Below, in pieces: positions 19,748 through 29,437 of a stretch of 64,000 bases of DNA. The stretch comes from an uncultured Spirochaetota bacterium. GTDB taxonomy: Bacteria > Spirochaetota > UBA4802 > UBA5550. Positions within the stretch are counted from its first letter, which is position 1; every line of letters starts with the position of its first letter. The stretch lies in NCBI GenBank assembly GCA_963827275.1, contig CAWHAA010000010.1:432189-496188 (forward strand), written 5' to 3'. Under the pieces are notes generated by a model. It was not told the DNA's origin and did no database searches. It saw only the letters and a list, made by a program, of their open reading frames with translations. A program made the position numbers and the translations under genes.

Positions 19748-20776
19748 ATGGCCGGCCCCGGTATCCAGCCGCCCCCGCAGAGCGCGGAAGCCGTCCTCAC
19801 CGAGCGGAAGAGGCGCATCTTCAGCGTAAAGACCCTGGTCCTGCTCGCGCTTTCGATCGCCATCGCCTACTTCCTGGCCGGCAAGCTTGACCTCGGCAGG
19901 TCCTTCGACATCATCCGGAACGCGAACGTGTGGCTGATAGCCGCGTCGTGCGCCGTCTATTTCTTGTCGAACTTCTTCAAGATGCTCCGGTTCCGCGTGA
20001 TGCTGTCCGGCTCCGGCATCCCCCTCTTCGCCCTCTACTCGATCACCAGCTATCACAATTTCTTCAATCAGATCATGCCCGCCCGCACCGGCGAGCTTAC
20101 CTTCGTCTACTATCTCAAGAAAATCGGGAACGTTGACATATCGAAGGGCCTTCACATACTCGTCGTGACCAGGATCTTCGACTTCATCGTCATATCCGCG
20201 TTCTTCATCTGCTCGCTGGTGCTCTTCTTCGGGGCGAAGACATCGATAGCGCTCGTGGTCCTCGGCGTGATATTTTTTATCGTCTCTATCGTCACCCTGT
20301 TCAACCTGAAATGGCTGGTGATATGGTCCGGGAAGCTGTTCCACATAACGACCGCGCGCTTCAAGCTCCAGGATACGCCGTTCGTCGCGAAGGTCCTGGG
20401 GAAAATCGATATCGTGGTTGAGGAGTTTTCCTCGTTTAAAGCCGGCCGGCTCGCGCCGATGCTGGCACTGACCAGCATGCTCACCTGGGGGGCGCTCTAT
20501 TTCCTCTTTTTCCTGACGATACGCTCCTTCGGGATCGATATCGGCTTCATCCAGTCGGTGGCCGGCTCCACCGGCGGCGTCCTGACCAATGTGCTGCCGA
20601 TCAACAGCTTCGGGAGCTTCGGCACGCTCGAAGCGGGATGGACCGGCGGCTTCCTCCTGGTGGGGATGAACGAGCACGACGCCATCTTCACCGGGTTCGG
20701 CTACCACGCGATCAGCTTTTTCGCGAGCGCGCTCATCGCGCTTGTGTGCTTCATCGTAACGAAGATACGGAAATAA
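19748..20776 (+). CDS. LPG-synthase TM region / flippase-like protein (UPF0104)
   Basis: NQIMPARTGE, RIFD, GSFGTLEAG. Confidence 0.85.
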   Translation: MAGPGIQPPPQSAEAVLTERKRRIFSVKTLVLLALSIAIAYFLAGKLDLGRSFDIIRNANVWLIAASCAVYFLSNFFKMLRFRVMLSGSGIPLFALYSITSYHNFFNQIMPARTGELTFVYYLKKIGNVDISKGLHILVVTRIFDFIVISAFFICSLVLFFGAKTSIALVVLGVIFFIVSIVTLFNLKWLVIWSGKLFHITTARFKLQDTPFVAKVLGKIDIVVEEFSSFKAGRLAPMLALTSMLTWGALYFLFFLTIRSFGIDIGFIQSVAGSTGGVLTNVLPINSFGSFGTLEAGWTGGFLLVGMNEHDAIFTGFGYHAISFFASALIALVCFIVTKIRK

Positions 20777-20778
20777 CG

Positions 20779-20880
20779 GCCCCTGTCCGGCGCTTTTTCT
20801 GCTGAAGGAGGCTTGTTTTTAGAGGGGGTAATTGCTGATAAAACGCATTCAGCCACATAGGCCGCAACCTGTGAGGATGC
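20779..20880. repeat. Cassette-flanking repeat, copy 1
   Basis: GCCCCTGTCC..GCTTTTTCTGCTG...GATAAAACGCATTCAGCC.CATAGGCCGCAACCT, shared with 21738 and 22356. Confidence 0.88.
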
Positions 20881-20898
20881 AGATTATTATTGAGTTAA

Positions 20899-21630
20899 TC
20901 AGGAATTTTCCGGAGATTGTCCGCCATCAAACCGATACAGTATTGAAAAATCGGCAAATCTGTCAAAACCATGCCCATACATGATATAATTTTTCTGGAA
21001 AAGCCCTCCCAACCTAAACGCAATACCGCCCAAGGACGCATTATATTTTAATCCTCCGCTTATGGACAGGATGACATTTTTTGCGGTTATAATATTGATC
21101 CCGAGTACAAGTCCGAGGTGCAAAGACCCCATATTGTATTTCGCAACATTATACCATGTTTTCAATATATATACCATCAATGGTTCTGCGGCCACAAAAG
21201 CTGTATTGCCATAATGCGCATCGCATATATTATATCGTGTTTTGCCGAAGATGTAATGCACTCCTATCTGTGGTCCCAGCCAAAGGTTCATATAATTCTT
21301 TTTTAACAATGAAAAACAGAATGTATTATCAAAATTGAAGCGTGAGAGCTTTTGAGTATAGCCTGCATTAATTGCATAATAATCCAGAGAGAGATTAAAG
21401 CGATGGATATAGTTTTTATAAGGTGTCTGGTAATCCAAAACCAGACCACCGCCGGCATTCAACATGTATGCGTAATCTTTATCATGCGATTCCCTGTGAA
21501 ACGGGTTTTCTCCATACCAGATCATTTCTCCGCTGCCCGCAGTCATTGATACCCCGATATCAAGAGCCTGCGCGGGTCCGCTTGACACAGCCGCTATTAT
21601 TAATAATACAACAAAACATGTCTGTTTCAT
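20899..21630 (-). CDS. AT-rich secreted protein, possibly outer-membrane beta-barrel
   Basis: Signal peptide (AQA), alternating aromatic/Gly strands, lower GC than flanks. Confidence 0.65.
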   Translation of the reverse strand: MKQTCFVVLLIIAAVSSGPAQALDIGVSMTAGSGEMIWYGENPFHRESHDKDYAYMLNAGGGLVLDYQTPYKNYIHRFNLSLDYYAINAGYTQKLSRFNFDNTFCFSLLKKNYMNLWLGPQIGVHYIFGKTRYNICDAHYGNTAFVAAEPLMVYILKTWYNVAKYNMGSLHLGLVLGINIITAKNVILSISGGLKYNASLGGIAFRLGGLFQKNYIMYGHGFDRFADFSILYRFDGGQSPENS

Positions 21631-21737
21631 AATACCCCCCCCCCGAGGATTTAATTGATACAGAATAACAAAACATTGGTTGAAAATTCAGTAAATCATA
21701 ATTTCGCTAAAACCGAGAAATGTCAATAAAATTTATA

Positions 21738-21858
21738 GCCCCTGTCCCGCGCTTTTTCTGCTGGAGGGTGCTTAATTTGAGAGGGGGTCGGCTTCAGATA
21801 AAACGCATTCAGCCGCATAGGCCGCAACCTATGAGTCTGCTTTTTCCTGTGTATTAAA
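21738..21858. repeat. Cassette-flanking repeat, copy 2
   Basis: Ungapped match to copy 1 over about 100 bp; CATAGG-ccgcaa-CCTATG hairpin. Confidence 0.88.
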
Positions 21859-21886
21859 AATTCTGATTTTTCGAGGTTCCCTAATA

Positions 21887-22252
21887 TTAGATAAGCCAGG
21901 ATATTGCTTCTTCTTTATCCTGAAATAACGATAATAAAAGGTTCTGATTGACGCATACGGTTTCAAAGAATCTATAGTGTTCCCAGTGTTCTGGTTTAAT
22001 TATGAGTGCTATTTTATAATTCAATCTTGTTACACTTTCTTTTAATTCTTCAGGCCGCTCATAAATGTCCACTACACTTCCGATCACTTTTTCTAAATTA
22101 CGATGATCAATTAAAACCTTCTTGAAATTATTGGCTTCCGCTTCGTTAATGACAGCTTTCGCCATTTTTAATGAGCTATCTTTGTCAGCAATGCCCCTTG
22201 AAATAACTTCGATGTATTCATGCTCATCATTGATTATAATATCCCACTCCAT
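21887..22252 (-). CDS. AT-rich STAS/SpoIIAA-like small protein
   Basis: KVLIDHR...KIALI...FFETV...LFQDKEEAISWL pattern. Confidence 0.65.
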   Translation of the reverse strand: MEWDIIINDEHEYIEVISRGIADKDSSLKMAKAVINEAEANNFKKVLIDHRNLEKVIGSVVDIYERPEELKESVTRLNYKIALIIKPEHWEHYRFFETVCVNQNLLLSLFQDKEEAISWLI

Positions 22253-22355
22253 AAGCTTCCCCTATATTTCTAAAAATAACTAAATTTCAAGGCCTCTGTC
22301 CAGAACTTTTTGTGTCGAAAATATAAGGCTGATCTCTCATGGTAGCTACCGATAC

Positions 22356-22448
22356 CATTCAGCCGCATAGGCCGCAACCTATGAGTATGCTTTTTCCTAT
22401 GTATTAAAGTAAGTCTGATCACCCCAGCCACCTGCGGGAGACAGGGGG
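22356..22448. repeat. Cassette-flanking repeat, partial copy 3, plus inverted GACAGGGG end
   Basis: CATTCAGCCGCATAGGCCGCAACCTATGAGT.TGCTTTTTCCT.TGTATTAAA, then CCTGCGGGAGACAGGGGG at 22431-22448. Confidence 0.8.
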
Positions 22449-22537
22449 TTTTTGACACCGGGGTTCATTCCTTCATATATTTTTTTCCTTGACGGGCGTG
22501 TCCGCAGCCCGACAATAGCGGAAATCAGAGTAAAACC

Positions 22538-23722
22538 ATGGGAATGAGCGTAGAAAACCTTTCAATCGTAGCGATGCGGGCGCTGCAGCGCAACAAGATG
22601 AGGACCCTCCTCACCTGCCTCGGCATATTCATCGGCGTGCTGTCCGTCATCGCCCTCACCGGCGTCAGCAACAGCCTCCGGGTCGCGGTGCGGGAGAAGA
22701 TCCAGAGCTTCGGCACCACCGCGATCATGATGATGTCCGTCAAGAAGCCGTTCACCGACAGCGACCTGAAAGACATCCGACGCTCCGTCCCCGAGGTCGA
22801 ATACATCACGCCGATGAACTCCTGGGAGTTCCCGGTCAAATACAAGAACAAGAACCTGAACCGCAAGGTGTACGGCGTCAGCAACGAATACTTCAGCATG
22901 GGCAACTGGGAGTTTGAAAGCGGCGGATGCTTCACCAATGACGAACTCAACGCCCGCGACAAGGTCGTCGTCATCGGGAGCAGCATCAAGAAGCATTTTT
23001 TCGAGGGCGAGGACCCCATCGGCAAGGTCATCCTCATAAACCGCATCCCCTTCAGGGTCATCGGCTCGCTCCAGGAAAAGGGGATGTCGCTCGGGGGCGC
23101 CGACTTCGACGATTTCATCGCGGGCCCCTACACCACCATGGCGTCGAAGCTGTTCGGCACGAACAATTTCTTCATCATCAACATATCCGCATATTCCGAG
23201 GACCAGGTCGACGACGCGAAGAACAACCTCCTGGACATGCTGCAAAAAAAATACAACCTCAGCGCCGAGCAGCTGCAGGACTACCGGATCAACTCCTTCA
23301 AGGAAGCCATACAGAAAACCGAGGAGATCAGCGGGCTCCTCTCCCTCGCCATGGTGGTCATCGCCTTCATATCGCTGGTGGTGGGAGGGATCGGCATCAT
23401 GAACATCATGCTCGCGTCAGTGAGCGAGCGGACCCACGAGATCGGCATCCGCATGGCGATCGGGGCGAAAACGAACGACATACTCAGGCAGTTCCTCATC
23501 GAGGCGATCATCGTCAGCTCCATGGGCGGCATCTCCGGGATAATAATGGGGGTCGTGCTTTACTTCTTCTACACCCTGGCGATGGGCCAGCCCTTCATCC
23601 TTTCGATGGTGTCGATCGTGGCGTCGTTCGCCTTCTCCGCGCTGGTCGGCGTCGCGTTCGGATATTACCCCGCGAGAAAGGCGTCCCGCCTCAATCCCAT
23701 CGACGCGCTCAGGTACGAATAG
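22538..23722 (+). CDS. MacB/FtsX-family ABC transporter permease
   Basis: GGIGIMNIMLASVSERTHEIGIRMAIGA...PARKASRLNPIDALRYE. Confidence 0.93.
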   Translation: MGMSVENLSIVAMRALQRNKMRTLLTCLGIFIGVLSVIALTGVSNSLRVAVREKIQSFGTTAIMMMSVKKPFTDSDLKDIRRSVPEVEYITPMNSWEFPVKYKNKNLNRKVYGVSNEYFSMGNWEFESGGCFTNDELNARDKVVVIGSSIKKHFFEGEDPIGKVILINRIPFRVIGSLQEKGMSLGGADFDDFIAGPYTTMASKLFGTNNFFIINISAYSEDQVDDAKNNLLDMLQKKYNLSAEQLQDYRINSFKEAIQKTEEISGLLSLAMVVIAFISLVVGGIGIMNIMLASVSERTHEIGIRMAIGAKTNDILRQFLIEAIIVSSMGGISGIIMGVVLYFFYTLAMGQPFILSMVSIVASFAFSALVGVAFGYYPARKASRLNPIDALRYE

Positions 23723-23808
23723 CCGCGCGCCCTGTTGCATTAATGATACAACTGTATTCTTTTATCACTCGCGGTTGTGTCCCGCCGGAAAAAATCAGCA
23801 CTTAATCC

Positions 23809-23837
23809 TTGACATAGAAATTTTATAGTTTTAATCT
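23809..23837 (+). promoter_or_regulatory. sigma70-like promoter of glycosylation module 2
   Basis: TTGACA-N17-TAATCT. Confidence 0.55.
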
Positions 23838-23987
23838 GACGGCGCATGAGGGGCTCCATGTGGAAAAAATTTTCCTGTTTCCACCCGTCATCCGCTGCAC
23901 GGCGCCATGGTTACGCTATGAAGGAGCTACGCTGAAAAACCATTGCCGTGCCCGGTAATAATTAATGTTCAACGGACTGCGCCAATT

Positions 23988-25187
23988 ATGAAAAAAGTGA
24001 AAAAGATCAGGGTCGCGCTCTTCACTGACGTGTTGAAGGAAAATTATGACGGCGTCACCTACACGCTCTACAATATCATCGAGAGGATCCCGAAAGACCG
24101 GTTCGAATTCATTTTCATCACGCCCTTCCCCCCGTCGGAGAACGTCAGGCTTCCGTTCCCGGTCATTGTATGCCGGTCCTTCAAACTGCCCCTCTATGCC
24201 GAATACCTGGTCGGGTTCCCCTACTTCGACAAAAACCTTGAAAAGGCGCTCGCCGACTTCAAGCCCGACCTCGTCCATTTCGCCTCGCCGTCATTTCTCG
24301 GCCGCTACGCGCTGCGGTACGCGCAGAAGCACGGCATCCCGGTGACCAGCACGTACCATACCCACTTTCCCATGTATGTCGATTATTACTTCAAATATCT
24401 CCCATTCCTGAAATTCCTCAAGTATCTGGTGCCGGTCATTCTCCGCTTTTATTACAACAACTGCGAAATCGTATACGTGCCGACCAGACCCGTTCTCGAG
24501 GACCTCGCCGCGGTGGGCATAGAGCGCAGGCGGATGATGATATGGGCCCGCGGCATCGACACTGAAAATTTCAATCCCCGCAAGCGCGACAACGTCTTCA
24601 TCGACGGCCTGTGCGGCAAGGGAACGATACGGATCCTCTTCGTCAGCAGGCTCTTCTGGATCAAGGAGATCACGACGATCGTGAGGATATATAAAAAGCT
24701 CCGGGCGAGCCTCCCCGAGGCAAAAATAGTGATCACCGGCGACGGCCCGCAGCGCCGGTACATGGAAAAGAAGATGCCCGACGCGGTCTTCACCGGCAAG
24801 CTGCTCAACAACGAGCTGTCAAGAATATACGCTTCCTGCGACATCTTCCTCTTCCCGTCAATAACCGAGACCTTCGGCAACGTGAACCTGGAAGCGATGG
24901 CCTCCGGGCTGCCGGTCGTGGCGGCGGCGAAGGGCGGTCAGTGCGGCATCGTGGAGGAAGGCGTCACCGGCTACCTCGTCGAGCCGAAAAACACCGACGC
25001 CTTCTGCGAAAAAATCGAATACCTGGCCAGGAACCCCGAAGCGAGAAAACAGATGGGGAAAAAGGCGGTCGCGTACGCCCGCACCCAGAAGTGGGACATC
25101 CTGTGCGACGCGATGTTCGCGTCATACGAAAAGGCCGTCGCGGCCAACATCGCCCGGAGCGGGGGGCCGAATGAAGCTGCCGTCTGA
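23988..25187 (+). CDS. GT4 glycosyltransferase, glycolipid synthase-like
   Basis: STYHTHF, ETFGNVNLEAMASGLPVV. Confidence 0.9.
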   Translation: MKKVKKIRVALFTDVLKENYDGVTYTLYNIIERIPKDRFEFIFITPFPPSENVRLPFPVIVCRSFKLPLYAEYLVGFPYFDKNLEKALADFKPDLVHFASPSFLGRYALRYAQKHGIPVTSTYHTHFPMYVDYYFKYLPFLKFLKYLVPVILRFYYNNCEIVYVPTRPVLEDLAAVGIERRRMMIWARGIDTENFNPRKRDNVFIDGLCGKGTIRILFVSRLFWIKEITTIVRIYKKLRASLPEAKIVITGDGPQRRYMEKKMPDAVFTGKLLNNELSRIYASCDIFLFPSITETFGNVNLEAMASGLPVVAAAKGGQCGIVEEGVTGYLVEPKNTDAFCEKIEYLARNPEARKQMGKKAVAYARTQKWDILCDAMFASYEKAVAANIARSGGPNEAAV

Positions 25188-26244
25188 CCTTGAAGGCGCC
25201 CCGGCCCCGAAACGGAGCACGGTCCACTATCTCGTACGGGGGGCGGGCCTCCTCCTCGGGATTTTTCTCATCTACTGGTTCGCGTCCCAATCGCCCCTGA
25301 CGGGAATATGGGAACAGCTGAAACGCTTCAACGTGAAATTCCTGTTCCTTGTCGCGGTGACCTTCGTCGCGTACATGATGGTCACCGTCGCATGGAGGCT
25401 CTCCTTCTACCGGTTCCCGGGCCATCTCTCCACGATGCTGCTCTTCCTCATGCGGCAGACCGGGGAAAGCCTGGCGCAGATCAACCCGACCAACGTCATT
25501 GCCGGCGACGCGCTCAAGGCGGTGCTCCTGAAAAGGAAGAACGTCCCCTACAAGGACAGCATCGTTTCCCTCACCATCTCGCGCTTCCTGGTCATGCTCT
25601 CCGCGCTGGCCATCATCATGATCGGGGCGTACCTGTTTTTCGACCTGCTCAAGCTGAAGGCGAACGCCGCGTCGCTGGCGGCCGTCATCGCCATCCTCTT
25701 CGCGCTCCTGGTCTTCCTCATCTACCGCCTCGGCACCGGGAAGGGGATACTCGCGCCCGCGGTGGGGGCGCTGAAGCTCATTGAAAAGCGCTTCCCCGGC
25801 TCGGAGCGCATTGTGAGATCGATGGAAAAGCTGAAAGAGGTCGATGCCGAGCTGATCGATTTTTACAAAACGAAAAAAATAAATTTCATCGCGGCATTCC
25901 TGCTCTCGTTCTGCCACTGGCTCATGGGGGCCATGGAATTTTACGTGATCCTCTATTTTCTCGGGCTCGAGGCGTCGTTCCTTTCATGCATCGCCATTGA
26001 GGTCGGGGTGATGGTCTTCAAGGGTCTGGGGGCCTTCGTGCCGGGCCAGATCGGCATCGAGGAATACGCCAGCAAGATGATGCTGGAATTCGTGAACGTG
26101 CCCGGCGCGGGCGTATGGATCACCGTCTCGATCCTGCGCCGCGCGCGCCAGCTCTTCTGGATCGGGGTGGGATTTATCGCGTTTCTACTCATTGTGCGGA
26201 AAACCGGGAGACCTGACGATGGAAATACTGTTCATAACGCATAA
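25171..26244 (+). CDS. LPG-synthase TM region / flippase-like protein
   Basis: NVIAGDALK, VPGQIGIEE, multi-TM. Confidence 0.82.
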   Translation: MKLPSDLEGAPAPKRSTVHYLVRGAGLLLGIFLIYWFASQSPLTGIWEQLKRFNVKFLFLVAVTFVAYMMVTVAWRLSFYRFPGHLSTMLLFLMRQTGESLAQINPTNVIAGDALKAVLLKRKNVPYKDSIVSLTISRFLVMLSALAIIMIGAYLFFDLLKLKANAASLAAVIAILFALLVFLIYRLGTGKGILAPAVGALKLIEKRFPGSERIVRSMEKLKEVDAELIDFYKTKKINFIAAFLLSFCHWLMGAMEFYVILYFLGLEASFLSCIAIEVGVMVFKGLGAFVPGQIGIEEYASKMMLEFVNVPGAGVWITVSILRRARQLFWIGVGFIAFLLIVRKTGRPDDGNTVHNA

Positions 26245-27484
26245 GTACCCGCCTTCGGTCGGCGGGATGGAAAAGCAGAGCTACGAGCTGATCAACGGCG
26301 TCGCGCGCTCGTACAAGGTGCACACGCTCATTTACGACAACAAGTCGAGCAGGGTCAAGTTCCTCCTCACCGTGCCCCTGAAGGTGAAAAGGATACTCAG
26401 GGAGAACCCGAACATATCGATCATCCACCTCAACGACGGGCTTATGGGCTTCTGCGGCACATGGATCAAGCGGATCACCTCGGTGCCGGTCCTGATGACG
26501 CTGCACGGGCTCGACATCGTCATGCCCAGCCAGCTCTACCAGCGGCACATGGTCGACCGGTTCAGGAAGCTGGACGGCGTCATCGCGGTAAGCCAGGCGA
26601 CGGCGCAGGAGTGCATCGCGCGCGGGTTCGACCGCGACAGGGTCTACGTGGTGCGCAACGGGGTCGACACCGAGATGTCCCTCATCAGCCGGAAGGCGGG
26701 GTTCCGGAAGACGCTCGAGGGCAAGCTCGGGATACCGCTCGAGGACAAGAAGGTGCTGGTCTCCATAGGCCGCAGCGTACGGCGCAAGGGGTTCTCCTGG
26801 TTCATGACCAGGGTGCTGCCCCATCTCGACGAGAACATCATCTACCTCATCGTGGGGCCCACCGACCCGAACATCCGCAGGATCAATTTCATCCTGAAAC
26901 TGCTCCCGACGCGCCTGGCGCACCTCATCGTGCTGGGCCTGGGCCTGGGCCTCGACGAGATTGACGTGCACGAGGCCCTGCGGAGACCGGAGATCAAGGA
27001 CCGCGCCTTTTACCTCGGCAAGCAGCCCTTCGAGGACATGGTCCAGATCCTTAAATACGCCGACATGTTCGTGATGCCGAACATCAAGGTCCATGGCGAC
27101 GCGGAGGGCTTCGGGCTCGTCGCGCTCGAGGCGTCGGTGAACGGCACCCCGGTGCTCGCCTCCGCCATGGAGGGGATCACCTGCGCGGTCATCGATGGAA
27201 AAAACGGCTTTCTGGTGCCGCCGGAGAACGACAGCGAGTGGGTGAACAGGATCCACGCGCTGACTTCAGACATCACCCACCTCAGGGAGTTCGGCGAGCA
27301 GGCGAAACAGTTCACCATCACCAATTTCGCATGGAAAAAGATGGTGGACGGCTATATCACGGTATTCAAAAAATACGATTACCTGCACGCGATGCGGCGG
27401 GCGAATGCCTCCCCGCCGGGCGCGGGTCATTCCGGGGACGCGGGCAATCCGTCCCGGCGGGAATACCTGAAAAAAGATGCGTGA
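26219..27484 (+). CDS. GT4 glycosyltransferase
   Basis: YPPSVGGME, EGFGLVALEA. Confidence 0.9.
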   Translation: MEILFITHKYPPSVGGMEKQSYELINGVARSYKVHTLIYDNKSSRVKFLLTVPLKVKRILRENPNISIIHLNDGLMGFCGTWIKRITSVPVLMTLHGLDIVMPSQLYQRHMVDRFRKLDGVIAVSQATAQECIARGFDRDRVYVVRNGVDTEMSLISRKAGFRKTLEGKLGIPLEDKKVLVSIGRSVRRKGFSWFMTRVLPHLDENIIYLIVGPTDPNIRRINFILKLLPTRLAHLIVLGLGLGLDEIDVHEALRRPEIKDRAFYLGKQPFEDMVQILKYADMFVMPNIKVHGDAEGFGLVALEASVNGTPVLASAMEGITCAVIDGKNGFLVPPENDSEWVNRIHALTSDITHLREFGEQAKQFTITNFAWKKMVDGYITVFKKYDYLHAMRRANASPPGAGHSGDAGNPSRREYLKKDA

Positions 27485-27493
27485 GAGACCGCC

Positions 27494-29437
27494 ATGCTGC
27501 GTACCCTGAACAGACTGGCCGAAGGCCGCCGGTTTTACGCCGCCGTTTTTCTCTTCATACTCCTCTTCACGGGAATGAGGCTGGCGCACATCAACGCGGA
27601 CGCCCCGCAGGACCTCACCACCTCCGCGGCCTCGTACACGGACGAGGGCTTCAAGACCTACGACGCGCGCAACCACGCCCTTTACGGCAGCTGGAAATGG
27701 ACCCCTGAAGACGAGTACGAGGGCTGGCTCGCGAAAAGCCCGCTGACGGCGCTGCCCTACGCGCTCATCTTCAGCCACTTCGGCGCGTCCTACGCCTCGG
27801 TCCGCGCGCTCTCCGTCGCCTACGCCGCCGGCACGATGCTGCTGCTGGTTATTTTCCTGTTGAGGAACTACGGGCGCCTCACCGCGCTCGTCGGCCTGGC
27901 GCTCTTCGGCACGAATTACTTCACGGCGATGTTCAACCGGCTCGGCATGTACGAGTCGCACCTGATATTCTATATCATGGTCTTCATCCTCGGCGCATCC
28001 GAGGCGTCCAGGCCCTACCGCGCCCGGCGCGGCAGCGAGGGAGAACGGGCGTACGCGATCAAACGCGCGGCCTGCCGGGCGCTCTTCGTGGCCGTCGCCC
28101 TCGCCGGGTTCGCCGGCGGGTTCTTCATCAAGAGGAACCTGCTCATCATCATCCCCGCCCTCGCGCCCGCGGCGCTGCTCTTCCTGTGCGCCCGCCTCGG
28201 GATGCGGGAGCGCCGCATGAACCTGGCCTTCGTTCTTTTCATCGCGCTCTTCGGGGCCGTCTACCTCGTGTTCGCGCAGATGGATGAGTTCAAGATCAAG
28301 CTGGCGTTCATGCTGATGTCGGTCAGCGTCTTCGGCCAGCCCCTGGGCGCCCTGCTCCCCTTCACGGCCTTTGACCCGCTGCAGAGCGTGGTGCTGAAAA
28401 GCCTTTTCATGGAATTCGTGTTCCTCCATCCCTTCACCTTTTTCGCGGGGATGCTCCTCGCCCTCTCCACCATCTACAACTATATCTACACGGCCCGGCG
28501 GAATACGGCCGACCTGTTCCTGGCAAGCTGGCTCCTCTTCGGGCTCATCTTCACGAGCGTGATGTACTACAGCCCGTCGCGGTACTATCTCATCTCGATC
28601 ATTCCCCTGATCATCCTGGCCGCGCGCTTCATCGCCGGCTTCAGCGAGTTCGATTTCGCGTCGTTTGTCGCGGCGAAAAAACGCTTCCCCCACAACATCA
28701 TATTCTGGGTGTTCATCCTGTTCGGCCTGCTCTATACGGGCATCGTGCTCGTCGAGCAGGCGACGCCCGCCATGCTGAGGAACTACCTGGTGGACCGCCT
28801 GTATCCGGCGTACATGAAGGGGGAGTACGGGGAAGCGGCGGCGATCATCGCCGCGGTCGGGGCACTCTGCCTGGCATGCGTCATCGCGACGGTCATGTAC
28901 CGGAAGCGCCTGGCGGGCCTGCTGCATGACCCGAGGCTGCCGTCGATCCTCCTGTCGGTGGTCCTCGCCCTGCAGGTCTTCCAGTACGGGCGGTGGTTCC
29001 TGTTCCACGAACACAACCTGTACAACGCGTCGCGCGAGCTGGGGCGCGAACTGCCCCCGGACGCGATCATCGCCGGGAGCTGGTCCGCCGGACTGACGCT
29101 TGAGAACGACAGGAGGGCGATCATTTTACAGTCCCTGATCCCCTACAACCACAACCTCGTGAAAAAAATCATACACGATATAGACATTCCGGTCACCGGG
29201 AGAAAGGGCAGCGCAGTGGAGACCGGGTACCGCTCCGGCATCCCCCTCTACATGGCGGTGTGCCGTAACGTCATTTTTGAAAAGACCATAACCGGGGTCT
29301 ACCGGGAGCATTTTACGCCCGGCAACCTCGTCAAGACCGTGCGGCTCGGCTACTTCCAGGTTGAAATCTTCAGGATGAACAAGAAAAGGCGGGAAGTAAA
29401 AGATGCGGTCAACGCGCTTTTCAGACGTTTTCTTTAA
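27494..29437 (+). CDS. Probable GT-C (ArnT/PMT-like) glycosyltransferase
   Basis: TDEG in first loop, many TMs, SRYYL motif. Confidence 0.7.
   Translation: MLRTLNRLAEGRRFYAAVFLFILLFTGMRLAHINADAPQDLTTSAASYTDEGFKTYDARNHALYGSWKWTPEDEYEGWLAKSPLTALPYALIFSHFGASYASVRALSVAYAAGTMLLLVIFLLRNYGRLTALVGLALFGTNYFTAMFNRLGMYESHLIFYIMVFILGASEASRPYRARRGSEGERAYAIKRAACRALFVAVALAGFAGGFFIKRNLLIIIPALAPAALLFLCARLGMRERRMNLAFVLFIALFGAVYLVFAQMDEFKIKLAFMLMSVSVFGQPLGALLPFTAFDPLQSVVLKSLFMEFVFLHPFTFFAGMLLALSTIYNYIYTARRNTADLFLASWLLFGLIFTSVMYYSPSRYYLISIIPLIILAARFIAGFSEFDFASFVAAKKRFPHNIIFWVFILFGLLYTGIVLVEQATPAMLRNYLVDRLYPAYMKGEYGEAAAIIAAVGALCLACVIATVMYRKRLAGLLHDPRLPSILLSVVLALQVFQYGRWFLFHEHNLYNASRELGRELPPDAIIAGSWSAGLTLENDRRAIILQSLIPYNHNLVKKIIHDIDIPVTGRKGSAVETGYRSGIPLYMAVCRNVIFEKTITGVYREHFTPGNLVKTVRLGYFQVEIFRMNKKRREVKDAVNALFRRFL

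Noticed and set aside
20779..22448. Classical integron
   Set aside because: No tyrosine integrase and no recognisable attC core sites
22538..23722. Orphan MacB permease as a novel system
   Set aside because: ATPase and adaptor genes are commonly encoded elsewhere
27266..29014. Long antisense ORFs (582 aa here; also 3800-5077 and 19559-20707)
   Set aside because: Shadow frames of GC3-rich genes with no motifs
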